Under the pieces are notes generated by a model, which worked only from the letters and a program-made list of their open reading frames with translations, was not told the DNA's origin and did not search any database. A stretch of DNA of 64,000 nt from Nemertoderma westbladi (taxonomy: Eukaryota > Animalia > Xenacoelomorpha). Location: positions 3,344 through 67,343 of the forward strand of contig JAUCBJ010003882.1 of the NCBI GenBank assembly GCA_032718475.1, written 5' to 3'. Below are positions 1 to 13,847 of the stretch, piece after piece; positions within the stretch are counted from its first letter, which is position 1; every line of letters begins with the position of its first letter. Position numbers and translations under genes: made by a program.

Positions 1-34
1 TGATTCTTAAGGTACATTGTGAAAGCCCCAGTTC

Positions 35-1857
35 TAACACCAGTTCTAACAGAAATTGGTACTTACTTTTAGACCTAATGGAAGAATGTGAATTGATACC
101 AACAAACAACACATTCGAAAAGAGTAAGGGGAAGCTATGGACCTTTCAATACCCTAATGGAACCAAAGCACAACTGGATTACATCCTCATAAACAAAAAG
201 TGGAGAAACAGCATGATCAACTGCGAGGCATACAGCTCGTTCAACCTAATTGGTTCGGACCACAGAATTGTGACTGCAGAGATCAGACTCAGTTTGAGAG
301 CCAGCAAACCCAGGACAAGCAAGCAAATCAAATATGACTGGGAAAAACTCAGAACTGACAAAGCTGTAAAGGATGCTTATACAGTAGAAGTTCAAAACCG
401 CTTTGAAGCACTTCAGTCAATGGATGAAGACCAATCCACCAATTCAATATACCAGAATATAATAACAGCCCACAAGGAATCAGCTAAGAGGCATATCCCC
501 CAGAAACCCAAACGAAAACAATATGTGCCATGGCAAAACTCTGAGGTTACTTGTAAGAGAGAAGATCTTAAGATAGCCTACAAAGTTAAAACCGAACAAC
601 CAACAACCGAAAACATTAACAAGGTTGAGAAAGCTAAGGAGGATCTTAAATTGGCCTACAACACAGCAAGGAAAAGTACATACAGGATAAAACTGAAGCA
701 ATTACAACTGCTCACATACAGCAACAATCAAGACTTACCTGGCAAACTGTAAATGAGGTATCTGGTCGGAAAAGTTGTGCAAAGGGGCGCCTCAAAACCG
801 ATAGTCCTGAAGAACGTGTTGGGAAGTGGAAAAATCACTTCAGCAACTTGCTTGGGCAGCCACCAAACATCGAGGTCAGCCCTACAAGGAAAATATATGA
901 CAAGACACTACCTATAGAAACAGGGGACTTCACACCTGCCGAACTCCAAAGAAGCATTAAAAGCATGTCCAATAATAAAGCGAGTGGATTAGATGAAATC
1001 CCAGCGGAGGTATGGAAAACCGGAGTGCTAAACAGACCATTATTGAATGTTTGCAACCGGATGTTAAAAGGGGAAAAGCCACCACCAATTTGGACTAATG
1101 GTCAACTAAAGCCTCTCCCCAAGAAAGGAGACCTCGGCATACCAACAAACTATCGTGGGATCTGTCTGCTTGTGGTAGCTGCCAAAATATACAATAAAAT
1201 GATTCTATATAGGATTAGGCCTCACATAGAGAAACTACTGCGTAAGAGCCAAAACGGATTTCGACCAAGTAGATCAACAATAGCTCAGATACTTGCACTA
1301 CGGAGACTGATTGAAGGAATTAAGTCAAAGAATCTCCACGCTGTCATGACTTTTGTGGACTTCAAGAAGGCATTCGACTCCATCCATAGAGGTAAAATGC
1401 TTGAAATCCTAAGAGCTTATGGAATACCAGAAGTAATTGTTGCTGGCATTGGATTGTTATATTGTGACACAGAAGCGCAGGTACTCTCACCAGATGGTGA
1501 AACTGAGTTTTTCTCAATCCTGGCTGGCGTACTGCAAGGTGACACATTAGCACCATTACTATTTGTAATTGTGCTGCATTACGCAATGAGGACGGCCACA
1601 AAGGGTGAAGACCTGGGATTCACACTTCAAGAACGCAGAAGCAGTAGATATCCGGCAACTACAGTCACAGACACCGACTTTGCGGATGACATCGCCCTGC
1701 TCTCAAATACCCTAGCAGATGCACAGCTTCTACTAAATAAAGTGAAGAGGGCTGCTAAGGAGGTTGGATTGCATATAAATGCTACAAAGACCGAATTCAT
1801 GACCTTTAATGTTGATGGAAACTTGACAACCATTGATAATAATCAACTAAGGAAGGT
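35..1857 (+). mobile_element. Internal fragment of an RTE-type non-LTR retrotransposon (end of APE endonuclease plus RT), truncated at both ends, frameshifted
   Basis: ORFs 78..752 (LDYILI, GSDH endonuclease motifs) and 848..1930 (QNGFR, FVDFKKAFDS, GVLQGD, FADD RT motifs). Near-identical to about 32270-34089 of the full-length copy in this window; homology starts at about 35 and stops abruptly at 1857. Confidence 0.93.
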
Positions 1858-2435
1858 GAAATTGGCTAAAACAAATTTTTTTCGAATTATGGAGGTGAGC
1901 TCCACAAAATGTTATTGGTTAAAATTTTGAGTTTTGCGTTTTTATGAAAATTAATTAATTAATATTTAGCAAAATTTTAACAAATTTTCGCTTTAATCTG
2001 AAAAATTGGCTGTAAAAACAGAAAAAAAATTCCAACCGAAGAATTACCAAACCCTTTCGAATGAGAAAAAAAAAGAAAATGGGTTAAAAAATGGAGGAGT
2101 AGTAATTTGAAAAATTAAAAATGTCATTCCGAGATAATTGCCTTCAATAATTGCCTCAGTTTAAACCTCCCGCCAAAACTGTCTACCTGTGCTCTGTTTG
2201 GGGCATAAAGGAAGCACACGACCGTGCTAAAACTTTCATTATTGGGGTTTTCGGAGTGAGTTTAAAGTTTTGGCGGAAACTAGACTGTCTGTCTGTTGGT
2301 TGTCTGTCTTTCTTACAATTTGACGGACAGACCGTCATACGGAAAAACGGCGATAAATCGACACCTAAAAGAGAGTCTGAGAGTCTCGTCTCGCGGTTTT
2401 CAGAGTTGAAATCCTCATTAAATTCATTAAATTAG
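1858..2435. mobile_element. Non-autonomous interspersed repeat abutting the LINE fragment; related to 39040-39835
   Basis: 2080-2180 (aaaaatggaggagtagta...cattccgagataattgcctt) aligns by eye with 39180-39270; both carry degenerate (GTCT)n/(GACG)n tracts. Boundaries approximate. Confidence 0.4.
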
Positions 2436-2678
2436 ATTAAAATATTAAATAAAAAACAAATATTTGAAATTTTCACATGAGGGTAGGGGGGGGGGGGGGG
2501 TAGGCTATAGGCTGTACTACCCACTTAAATTCGTCCTGGATGTCGCGGAAACAGTGGCTCGCCCCTACATAAAAAAAGGAGGGAGGTTGATGGTGAAAGA
2601 ATTAAATAAATTTTTGAAGAGATTGTGATATCATACAGAAACAGAAATAATATAATAAATAAATAAATAAAATAATTG

Positions 2679-4735
2679 TCAGAAACTGTCATCGGATGTA
2701 ACATTAAAATTTAAATTATCATAATTAAAACCGAAACAATTCACGTCACGTGACGGTTGAGGAGGCGAGTTCGTGGGAAACTCGTTGTCCAACGTAGAAA
2801 CGAGATCAAAGAGAGTAGGCGCCGACAGTCTGGTAGTCGTTAACCCGTTGTTAGTAGCAACCAGACTTGTTTCACTTTGTATGGCAGCATCTTCTACAAC
2901 TCTGGGGTCCGTTTGTCGGGTGTCCGTTTGTGGGAAGGTAACTTCAGGTCTGTTGTCGGTTTGTCTGTTAATAACGTCATGTTTGGTGTCGGTTTGTCTG
3001 TTAATAACATCGGTTTTGGTTTCGGTTTTTCTGTTAATGATGTCATTTTTGGTGTCGGTTTGTCTGTTAATAACGTCATTTTTGGTGTCGGTTTGTCTGT
3101 TAATAACGTCATTTTTGGTGTCGGTTTGTCTGTTAATAACGTCATTTTTGGTGTCGGTTTGTCTGTTAATAACGTCGGTTTTGGTGTCGGTTTGTCTGTT
3201 AATAACGTCGGTTTTGGTGTCGGTTTGTCTGTTAATAACGTCGGTTTTGGTGTCGGTTTGTCTGTTAATAACGCCAAGTATGATATCTGATTGTTTGGCA
3301 CTTTCACACTCATTATTGTGGTTATCCCAGTAATTATCCGAACTGCTACACAAACGCGACTGTTTCATGACAGGTATGTAATATTCCTCCTCGCAGACGG
3401 AAACCTGCTGACCGATTAACCCGTTTCCTATCTGCCCCTCGTGTGTGCCACGATGCCATATAGAGGCAACCAGCCCCGCCACTGACTCACCTTGACGAGA
3501 ATTAATCCCCTCGCATTCCAAGTTCGGCTGCCGGTAGGCAAACGGGACCCGCCCACTTCCTTCAGTCCCCGAGGTAAAGACGCCCGAATTGCCGAAATCG
3601 TCATGACGACCAACACGGGAAGATGCAGATTGCCTAGTAGATGATGTATCCTCAGGGGGGCGGTAGGGTTCGGCTGGTAGTTGAGTAAGAAGTACCTCGG
3701 AGACAGGGTCGTTGGCTAGGCGGCCTGTTTCCGCCGTCCTGCAGGAATCCAGGCACGCCGGGCCGCCATCTAATGCATCCCGCCATCCATGATAGTCGCT
3801 CTGCTGATAATCAAGTGTTTGGGCTGTGAGGATGTAGTCGGATTGGTCAGATGGGGCATGGAGCAAGGCCGGTTGATTAAGCCATGTGTCATTGCGATTT
3901 CTATTAGTAACATTGACAGTGTTTGTAATCTTTGTAGCTGTGTGTACAAACGGGCGGTATGTTTGGTCCCGGTTGCCGGTTACCTGTTGCACAAACAGCC
4001 CCCCGCTAATCTCCGGGCTCTCGGTTCCTGTTTGAATCCCGTAGGGGAGGATATTGGTTCCCGAGCGCGAGCGGTGGTCCGGAACAAATGTGTTGTTGTG
4101 CGAATCGGATGGCGGTGGGATAGATGAAAGGGGCGACAGTGGTAATGCGGTACTAGCACTGGTAGATAGTGAATGCGGACAACTCGTAGTAGAATTGGTA
4201 GATACGAATTGCTGAGAATTTGTAGTAGAAATGGTAAATGATTTTGCAATCGGCAATACTGGAGCAGCGGTACCAGTGTCGCAATATGATGCTTTACCCC
4301 AAATCGGTTGAAACGAACTGATTAATTTCTTATCAGTTTTTAGATTTCGAAAGTTTTCAGTTTCTCTATCCCCAAATGAATCGTCGCCGCTTATAAACAA
4401 CCAATCATCATTACGCGAAGAATTATTCTTCTGTGAATCCGGATTACTCGTGGAATCCGGCGAATGATTAATCTCGGAACTTTCCGATTGATTAATCTCG
4501 GAATCTTCCGGTTCTTTAATCTCGGAATCTTCCGGTTGTCCGATTTCGAAAACCTCTCGATCGCTGATCTCTTCATCCGATAATATTGGAACTTCAGTTT
4601 CTTCAATATCGACAGCAGACAATACTACTCTACGTGCGGGTTTCTGAACTTCCTTTAGCTCCCTTGGCTGTTCGATATGGCAACGTTTTTGCGACGATTC
4701 CGGAAGCTTCACTTCAGAGTGGGTGCAGCTGAAAT
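2679..4735 (-). CDS. DCLRE1C: Large terminal exon encoding a Ser/Thr/Asp-rich disordered region; probable C-terminal tail of Artemis
   Basis: The open frame has no true ATG (the track starts at a GTG) but is preceded by a strong acceptor (ttttattttttttag, AG at 4737-4736). Phase 1 matches the donor of the 36063..36261 exon (G+AT = Asp, then FSCTHSEVKLPESS). DDWLF recalls the DDYLF motif of the vertebrate Artemis tail. Linkage across 31 kb is inferred. Confidence 0.62.
2954..3273 (-). repeat. Coding 33-bp minisatellite, about 10 copies, encoding (DVINRQTDTKT/N)n
   Basis: Tandem unit tgtcggtttgtctgttaataacgtcatttttgg and variants, in frame within the 2679..4735 exon. Confidence 0.95.
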
Positions 4736-5238
4736 CTAAAAAAAATAAAAAAACGGAAGCTAATCATAAACAGCAAATCATAAACAGCAAATCATAAACA
4801 GCCAATAATTTTGCGGAGATGCAGTAGTTTATTGTTAAACTTGAACTTTGTTAAACGTTTGTAACTTTTGGTAAGATACATATTGAGTTGATAGAATATT
4901 ATTTCAAGTATCAATTAAACACGCATGCAAGGCCCAGATACAAGATGTCAATTGTAAGTTCTAAATATTTTTAATTCAGTACTTTAAATGCTGTCTTCAA
5001 AAACATACATTACAATTACAAGCAATTTAATTAAGATTAAAATCTGAATCAACTACATAATAAATTAATTTATTCTGGAGTAAGGTAATTTGCAGATTTG
5101 GGATTACTATATTATGTGAACACTAGGTGGCGCTTTTTGGAAAATTGGTAGTACCAAATCATATCGGTAGTTGGCATTGTCTTGTTGTCGTTTTATTGCA
5201 AAATTTCAGTAACTTAATGAACAACTGCCTGCCGGTGT

Positions 5239-6801
5239 GGGGCGAGCCACGAAGTGAGTGAGCCTTAGCGTAGTGGTACCATTAATCAACCTGTCGTTCT
5301 GTCGTTCTGTCGTTCTGTCGTTCTGTCGTGTTCAATTTTAAACGTTAATAACTCGGCCAATCTTTGATGAAATCTATCCAAACTTGGTACACATGTTGTT
5401 TGGCAAAAGTTTAGAAATTTTCCAAGTAGAATTTCCGTGTGGCCTTCGAGAAGCTAAGATAATAGCAGTTAATTAGTTAATTAAGTTGATTGCGGTGAAA
5501 ACGCCATTTTCAACCTGCCTTTTAAAGGAAATTAATTGTTTTACAGTATAAGATTTAAATAATTATACTTAAAAATTATACAGATATAATCCCCATACGC
5601 CATTCTATTATAGTTTTTAATTAGTTTAAGTGATTTGCTTTAATAAATGTGTCTTTAATTGATCTAAACGTAATTAAACCGCACAATTATTGAGTACAAA
5701 TTTAATCCTTCCCATTATTGGTCAAGTCTCTGCTGGTGTGGAGCTAGCTGCTGGGAGTTGTGGCTGTAGACTAACCTGAGAGGAATTGTAATAGAGGCAA
5801 CCAGTATTGCTATTCCAGCCCAATCACTGAATTGTGTTTATTATAGGCTGGACGGGCCGCATAACCGTTCGACTATTACTACTATTGCTATCTCAGTTAA
5901 ATGACAGATATAATAACATAAATACAATCCATGGCATGGCTGTTGTAGGCTTCTGAAATAGTTTATTCCACAATGTATATGTCTGGTTATTTTTTAATTG
6001 AATTTTTGCAAAGTAGTAAAATTAATGTTCTTAAAAATAATATTATTATTTTATATGTAACCTAGGAAATTAGCTACATTTTTTCGCTGCAGCTTTAAGA
6101 GTGTACATTGATTTAATATTATTTCAATACCCATATTACTACATCGGCATAAGATGCGTTGGCGTTGTATCACACATCTCCACATATCACACATCTCCAC
6201 ATAGATGTATCAACAGTTACTCGCACAGTTTCGAAACTTCGCATAGTTATAACTGTATAAAGATCGTCAGTCTGCGTTTAGGAAAAATATTTTATGACAA
6301 AACAGGACAAGCGACGAGCGCAACGAGGCATATAATGAAGACGAGTACTGCGTTGACTAAATTATTATATAAACCACCTGGCTTCACATATTGATCGCAT
6401 CCCTAGTTATTATTATTATAAAGATCGTCCTAGCTTGCGTTTAAGAAATATATTTAAATACAAAACAGGACGAACGCAAAGAGGCTTATAATGAAAACGA
6501 GTACTGCGTTTATTATATTCCTATAAACCACCTGGCTTTGCATATTTAACGTGCGATTGGAAATAAGTTCGTGCTACCCTTCCGTGGGTGGTAGATGTCG
6601 CGGTTATGTATTGGTGGTTGGGAAGGGTGGGGGGGGGGGGGGGGGGGGGAGATTAAAAGGGGTGAACACGTACTGTCCACCTTTCTTTGATTGATTGGTG
6701 GTGTGGGTAAATTTCTCAAAACCTGATTTTGTGATACAGTCGCTGCATTTTAATTTGTATATAATAACTAGGCCTCGTGCTGCGCGAAGTCCCCACGAAC
6801 G
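5239..6801 (+). mobile_element. Non-autonomous TGT-bounded element, 1.56-kb variant (copy A); inverted twin at 52309-53889
   Basis: Begins TGT|GGGGCGAGCCACGAAG, has (CTGTCGTT)n near the 5' end, ends GTGCTGCGCGAAGTCCCCACGAACG|TGT. Reverse complement matches 52309-53889 over nearly the whole length. Confidence 0.88.
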
Positions 6802-9421
6802 TGTCCATAACGCCTATAGAACAGTAGTAGTGCAGTAGGACTGTAGTAGTTCCTATAATAAATTGTTAAATTATAATATAATTTACAGCAGCTGCAGATG
6901 CCAATGTTTACACTGTATTCCTCCATATCCCATATTAATAAACATTACCATAATATCCATACACTCAACCCCCCCCCCCCCCCCACCTCAATTTTGTTTA
7001 CCTCAATGTTTATTTCAATGTATATGGCATGAAATATGAAACAGAGATTGTAGCTGAGAGGTAGCGACTGTAACATTACACAACTTCTTTCCCATTATAG
7101 AAGAATAAAGTAAAATACACTTGTAACCCCCCTCCCGTATTCTTCTTTTGACATGTAATTTCAATGGATCACCTTATAATTTTTTGCTAAAATTATCCTG
7201 TGTTTGACTGAAAATCCGCTCTGCCCAGATCCATAACAACTATCAAACAATAAATAAGTTGAATATAAGATTCAACAGCTCAAAGAATATTAAATCAGTG
7301 GAGAATTTAGGAGCAAATGTTTAATACAATTATCATGGCATTGATTGAAAACTTAAATTTTAATAACAGCCGTGGTGCCTGTCAATCAATCAACAGGCTT
7401 TACATGTAGTTCCACTGAAGGTCAGAAATCAAATTTATAAGTAATTTTCTTTCAGTAATTGCTTGCGGTTAACGCAACAGTAATCTTGTACCCTATGTGT
7501 AGGGTGGTTATCAACTTCTGTGAACTAGGCGCACGCTTCTAAAAATGACCAACCAAAATGGTTTTATTTCAATAAATAAATAGTTCGGAATCCACAAACC
7601 ATTAGTTTAACACAAACTAAAAGTATTTCAGTTCCACCTGGATTGTCATTATTGTAGCAAAAACAAAATATTAAATTCTTGATTTTTCTCCTCGAAATAT
7701 TTAACATTTAATTTACGGGGAAATAAATATTTAAATGTAAATTAAACAGCTGACTTTAAAAATTATTGCGAATTTCAGTATATATATTTATAATATAAAT
7801 GCTTATATTATCGAAATAAATTGTTACTCATATTCATTGGAAAATAACTATTTACATACTTGTGTGTAAAGTAGCACTTTACAGTGTGATAATCCGAGTG
7901 GCTTTGTTACACGAACGAACGTTAGTGAGTGAGTGAAAATAAAGCCACAAGGATCAGAATGCTTGTATATATAGAAGATTTAAACATTTGCAGGTACCCC
8001 TTCGAATCCATAAATACATTTTCAATTTGTTGTTTATATGTTTTAACATCCATGAGATTGTATAAATTATTACAAATTTTCAATTTTTTTATATTATAAA
8101 GAATTTAATGCTTAGAAACCAGATCCTTTGCATGTCATAACTTGGCACTGTTGTACGACTATCCTGACTGACTTGAAACGTAAGTCAATGCGTCGACTAC
8201 CATCAGAAACAGTCAAACACACGAAGCTGTCACTTAGTAATTACCTATTGTTATGCTAATTAAAACAGTAGAAACATAACGCCACCTATTGTCTGATCAT
8301 ATGGTGCACTAAATTGTGTATTGTATAGCACTGGAGCTTTACGTAATACAATAACCATTTGTCTACCGATAATTTAAAGAGAAAATGGGCCCTAATTAAT
8401 TAATCAAACCATATTATACACACACCTTATTGGGACAGCTATTGTAGATACTTATAACAGAGGTATATCACCCTAAGCACGTTCTGTTTATAAAATAAAA
8501 CGATTCAAGAAAATTTAATAGCATCAGGTTAGATTTGTTTGTAAACTATGTAGGGTAGGCGGTAGCTTTACAATATTATCATTTTCTTTTGGGGCAGCTT
8601 AGCGAATACCAGTTATAATTTTGGCGGACTTAGACCGACATTTAAGAAAAAAAATAAAACAATAGACAGTGATTTATAGTGAAAGTAATTACGTCCCATG
8701 TTGCGTCTTTTGACTTAGTCCACACGACGCACTCTGAAGGCTTACGATTGGTTACTTTAGGTAGCATTGTACCTGTTACCTGAGCATCCATTAAATGTGT
8801 GACGCAAAAAACTTAATGATAATTTTCTTACAACGACTTATTATGACTTACCAGTGGACCCCAGGCCTTCAAGTTCTATATGGTGTATTACATGTAGTGT
8901 ATGTAGTAACATTTCTAATACAATTTTGCCTACTCTCACTCACTACCCTCAGATAACAAAGTAATGAAAATGGGATACGAACGGTAGCCAGTTGCGAGTC
9001 CATACTAGTTAATGGGGGGGGGGGGGGGGGGGGGGGGTCGATATCGTTGCTGATGACATTACACTTGCTAAGTATTAATTCATCAATCCAAGCAACACAA
9101 AATTATTTTACCTTGGGGTTATAACAACCCGCGTATTGAGGAGAAACACTCAGGACTTATGCCAGACGTGCAGGGTATATTATTATTCTTGTTTGAATCG
9201 TTCTTACATCAAATTTTGTGCCGGATAAAATTCAATTAAAAAATAAATATTGTAAAAGCAATATAATACCGCCTTAGTAAATCCAATTTAAAGAAGAAAA
9301 TGTGAACAAATTATAACTATATTAAAATATGGCTAATGTAATTTACCAATCAGGATACTGAAAGACAGAGGAACTTAAAAATCTTAATATGTGTTCATAA
9401 CGGCGAGAAAGTGCAACAAAA

Positions 9422-10545
9422 ATGAACTCTAACAGCTTTCGGACACCGCTTGTTATTACAACGTTACTCTGGATATGTCAACCAGCTGTTATTCCTGCAC
9501 GGAGGTGCCCTGCTCTGTGCACCTGTGATGTGAATAACAAACGAACTGAATGTAAAGACAAACGTCTAACTAACATACCGGAAGACATACCTGCAGATAC
9601 TGAGAAACTCATATTCACGGAAAACAACGTGGAAGAAATCAACAGGGTTGATCTCGGAAATCTATTGGAGCTTAATAGGTTGGTTCTAACTGAGAACAAC
9701 ATCGCAACTATTGGGAAACACGCCTTCACGGATTTAATACATTTAAAACGATTGAAATTAGACAGAAATATGATAAACTATATAAATGCGGGGGCGTTTA
9801 AAGGTTTATCGAACTTACTTGAACTGGAATTACAAGAGAATCGACTGACAGTTATTGACGATGAAACATTTATGGACCTCGAAGGATTGGAGAAGTTGCA
9901 TCTTCAGTTGAATAACATAGAGAAAATCAGTACGAAGGCTTTTCAGTCTCTTACGTCGCTACGATATCTATACCTCGGCCACAATGGGCTGTCAGAAATC
10001 AACCCTGATTGGTTTAAACCCACGACCAATCTGCTCTCATTGGATCTCTCAGCCAATCCATTTGTGGAAATAAACCGAAATACATTCCAGAATCTCGGTG
10101 ACCTTAACTACTTGTATCTTTCTGCAGTCGACAGTCAAGTGATCACGGATGACGCTTTTGTGCTCCTCAACAAATTAACTCGTCTCAACATGGAGAACTC
10201 CCACCTACCTTCGATACCAGCTACACTAATAAAGCCTCTAATCATTTTACAAGATTTAAGTTTCAAAAATAACAACATCACAAAATTATCCAGAGGGGAA
10301 TTCAATCTTGGGACATTGATAAAGCTAAATTTGGATTATAATGAGATTAGCTATATTGAAAGTAAAACCTTTGCTAACCTATCAGAGTTACAGGAACTTC
10401 ACCTGGGTGGCAACCGATTGGATTCTCTAGCAGATCAAACTTTCAGTGGCCTATCGAATCTCCGCTTCATCGATCTTCATGGTAACCAAATTAGAAGAAT
10501 CAAGAAAGGGGTGATGCAGAAATTAGTGACTTTGGAAAAATTCTC
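9422..10545 (+). CDS. LRR-Ig-FN3 type I membrane protein (LRRN/LRFN-like architecture), exon 1: signal peptide, LRRNT, about 13 LRRs
   Basis: ATG 9422; hydrophobic leader; CPALCTC LRRNT; repeated LxxLxLxxNxI/L; phase-2 donor TC|gtaagt after 10545. Whole model 9422..16359 is 7 exons, 2388 nt, 795 aa. Confidence 0.95.
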
Positions 10546-10589
10546 GTAAGTGGTTTATTTAATTCTTTATTAGAAAGAGACCTTTATTG

Positions 10590-11335
10590 GGCGCCGTTAA
10601 TTCAAAGCGGTCAGTTAAAATATATATAACAGTGAGACAAATATATATTGGTCAGAAAAAACAATATTGGTAAGAAAAAATATATAAATTCTTAATTAAA
10701 TGTCTTTGAAATAATAGATTTCTATACTAAAATATGTAAATCATACACAAAGTGTAACCTTAAGAAAGTTAAAAAACCATTATAGGAAGCAGTAATTTTC
10801 ATGTAAGCAATAAAATAAAAAAAATATAAGCAAAATATTTTGTTGAGAAGAATATTTATTGGTGAACTTTAAGAAAGAATATTTTTGGTGGGAAAAATAT
10901 TTTACAATAGCAGTTGTAAAATGATGTGTAACAGTTACTGGTTTTACAGCACAGCAGTATGCAAGCAGTTCCTACCGTGCATTAACAATTACGTTATACC
11001 TAGTGAGCAACTCTTAGACATCAATATATAATGATATCATCAATATATCAATATTACATCAATATATCACCAATATATACTTTTCTGACCAATATATTTT
11101 TCGATAAAGTTTGCCAATATATTTTCTTCTTAGCAATATATATTTTATTTTTCCCAACAATATATGGTTTTCTTAGCAATTGGTTTCTCAGAAATATATA
11201 TTTTTCTGATCAATACATTTTTATAACAAAGTTCACAAATATATATTTTTCTCACCAATATATATTTATTCTGACCAATATTATTTTTTCACACTGGTAT
11301 ACATTTTTGCTGACCTTTTTACATTAATGCGCGCG
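10590..11335. mobile_element. Degenerate AT-rich fold-back/MITE-like element in intron 1 of the LRR gene
   Basis: Left arm (gcgccgttaattcaaagcggtcagttaaaat...tattggtcagaa) is an imperfect reverse complement of the right arm (ttctgaccaata...ttttgctgaccttttttacattaatgcgc); repeated atattggt/accaatat motifs of opposite polarity. Confidence 0.6.
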
Positions 11336-11847
11336 GCGCAATTTCATATAGATATTATATTATTATCATTATTATGCAATTTTATATTTTATAGAATACT
11401 TAATGAACACTGCATCACAGCAAGCCAAAGGTGGATTGCATGGTGGTAGCAATGGGATGGGTTGCATGGGGTGATGATATTTGTTAAGCCGGCATAGAAT
11501 TCCAATGTGCAGCTGCAATGCAGCAGGCCCATTATATAGTAGTAGTTAACGGACGTACATGTTCAGTTTGGATGGACATCAATGACCACTCCGCCAGCAA
11601 CAACCTCGCAAAAGGCGGATTTGTAAATACCACGGATACCCGGATGCGTTGTACGTCTGGATTTGAAGTCTTAATGACTTACCAACGGTCACCATTGATA
11701 AGTTTTCCACCACATATCGCAATCACATAAAGTTTACTTTATAATCCCGGATAAACTGCGGACAAATAAATAAATATAACGAAATCGATTAAACGGGCCC
11801 TTAATAACATCAGACAAAATAACCGAACTAATTTTTGTTCTCCACAG

Positions 11848-11992
11848 GATCAATACCGAAGGACATAGTTGGTTGGACGACAACCTATTCGTCTGTGATT
11901 GCGAAGTAAAATGGCTGAAACTGTGGGTCGACGAACGAGTCTATCAGTCACCCGGCATCGATATCATTTGCGTTGCCCCCAGTAACCACAAG
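11848..11992 (+). CDS. LRR-Ig-FN3 protein exon 2 (LRRCT)
   Basis: Acceptor ttctccacag; phase 2 in, phase 0 out; translates INTEGHSWLDDNLFVCDCEVKWLKLWV...IICVAPSNHK. Confidence 0.92.
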
Positions 11993-12568
11993 GTGTCGTT
12001 TCACATTGAAGGGTTAATTACAATTAGTAGGCCTTTGACTCATTTTGAAATAAATAACAATTAGTTATTTATGAACATTATGTTTAAAGATAGTAGAAAG
12101 TTTTAAGATTTTATCCTTGAAGCTTCTAAAGATTAATTTGTGGCCTAAATTCTACCAAATTCGATGGTTGATCGACAATGTGAGTAATCAGATAGATTAG
12201 GGGGGGGGGGGGGGGGGGGGAGGGCTTTCGACGCGATCAAAATTTATCCCGCCCCATCAGGGGAAGATCGACAAAAGTAACAGCTGAATCCCCTACAAAT
12301 AAAACTGTAGGCCTAATCTTTTCTAATGACTTTAGTGATTTCCTGATCATGGAGAATGGCTAAAGAGATTGCTGACATGCTGAGTGCTGACTTGGATTGG
12401 TAATATTATATGGGATTTTAGATATTTATTCGAACGTAAGACGATAACTAAACGAAACGACAACTAAAATGTAGCAAGATAAGTCCTAATCATAGATACC
12501 CTGCGATTATAAACCAGATATATTATACAACTGATAACTAACATTGTTTTCGATATTTTAATACGTAG

Positions 12569-12750
12569 GGCCAATACCTATCCAAGATTCCGACGAACCA
12601 ACTAGTTTGCAGCAAACCGATTATAACGGAACATACATTGGATACCTACATCGCTCAGGGAGACAGCTTACGACTCGTTTGTAGAGCAACGGGAAACCCT
12701 CCTCCAACAATCCTATGGGTGTTTCCCGACGGACTGGTATACGATACAAG
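12569..12750 (+). CDS. LRR-Ig-FN3 protein exon 3 (end of LRRCT, first half of Ig I-set domain)
   Basis: ag|GGC...ACA AG|gtaac; translates GQYLSKIPTNQLVCSKP...GDSLRLVCRATGNPPPTILWVFPDG. Confidence 0.92.
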
Positions 12751-12780
12751 GTAACGAATCAATAATAAAAAAAAAAAAAA

Positions 12781-13775
12781 CAAACAAACAAACAAACAAA
12801 CAAACAAACAAACAAACAAACACAACAAACAAACAAACAAACAAACAAACAAACAAACAAACAAACAAACAAACAAACAAACAAACAAACAACACAAACA
12901 AACAAACAAACAAACAAACAAACAAACAAACAAACAAACAAACAAACAAACAAACAAACAAACAAACAAACAAACAAACAAACAAACAAACAAACAAACA
13001 AACAAACAAACAAACAAACAAACAAACAAACAAACAAACAAACAAACAAACAAACAAACAAACAAACAAACAAACAAACAAACAAACAAACAAACAAACA
13101 AACAAACAAACACACACACAAACAAACAAACAAACAAACAAACACAAACAAACAAACAAACACAAACACAACAAACAAACAAACAAACAAACAAACAAAC
13201 AAACAAACAAACAAACAAACAAACAAACAAACAAACAAACAAACAAACAAACAAACAAACAAACAAACAAACAAACAAACAAACAAACAAACAAACAAAC
13301 AAACAAACAAACAAACAAACAAACAAACAAACAAACAAACAAACAAACAAACAAACAAACAAACAAACAAACAAACAAACAAACAAACAAACAAACAAAC
13401 AAACAAACAAACAAACAAACAAACAAACAAACAAACAAACAAACAAACAAACAAACAAACAAACAAACAAACAAACAAACAAACAAACAAACAAACAAAC
13501 AAACAAACAAACAAACAAACAAACAAACAAACAAACAAACAAACAAACAAACAAACAAACAAACAAACAAACAAACAAACAAACAAACAAACAAACAAAC
13601 AAACAAACAAACAAACAAACAAACAAACAAACAAACAAACAAACAAACAAACAAACAAACAAACAAACAAACAAACAAACAAACAAACAAACAAACAAAC
13701 AAACAAACAAACAAACAAACAAACAAACAAACAAACAAACAAACAAACAAACAAACAAATAAACAAACAAATAAA
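12781..13775. repeat. About 1-kb (CAAA)n tetranucleotide microsatellite following a poly(A) run
   Basis: Directly visible; lies in intron 3 of the LRR gene. Confidence 0.99.
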
Positions 13776-13778
13776 CAG

Positions 13779-13847
13779 ACGGACGGGCGGAGAAGGACGG
13801 GCGGAGAAGGACGGGCGGAGAAGGACGGGCGGAGAAGGACGGGCGGA
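13779..13847. repeat. 14-bp tandem repeat (GGACGGGCGGAGAA) x about 5, grading into (GACA)n
   Basis: Directly visible next to the CAAA tract. Confidence 0.9.
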
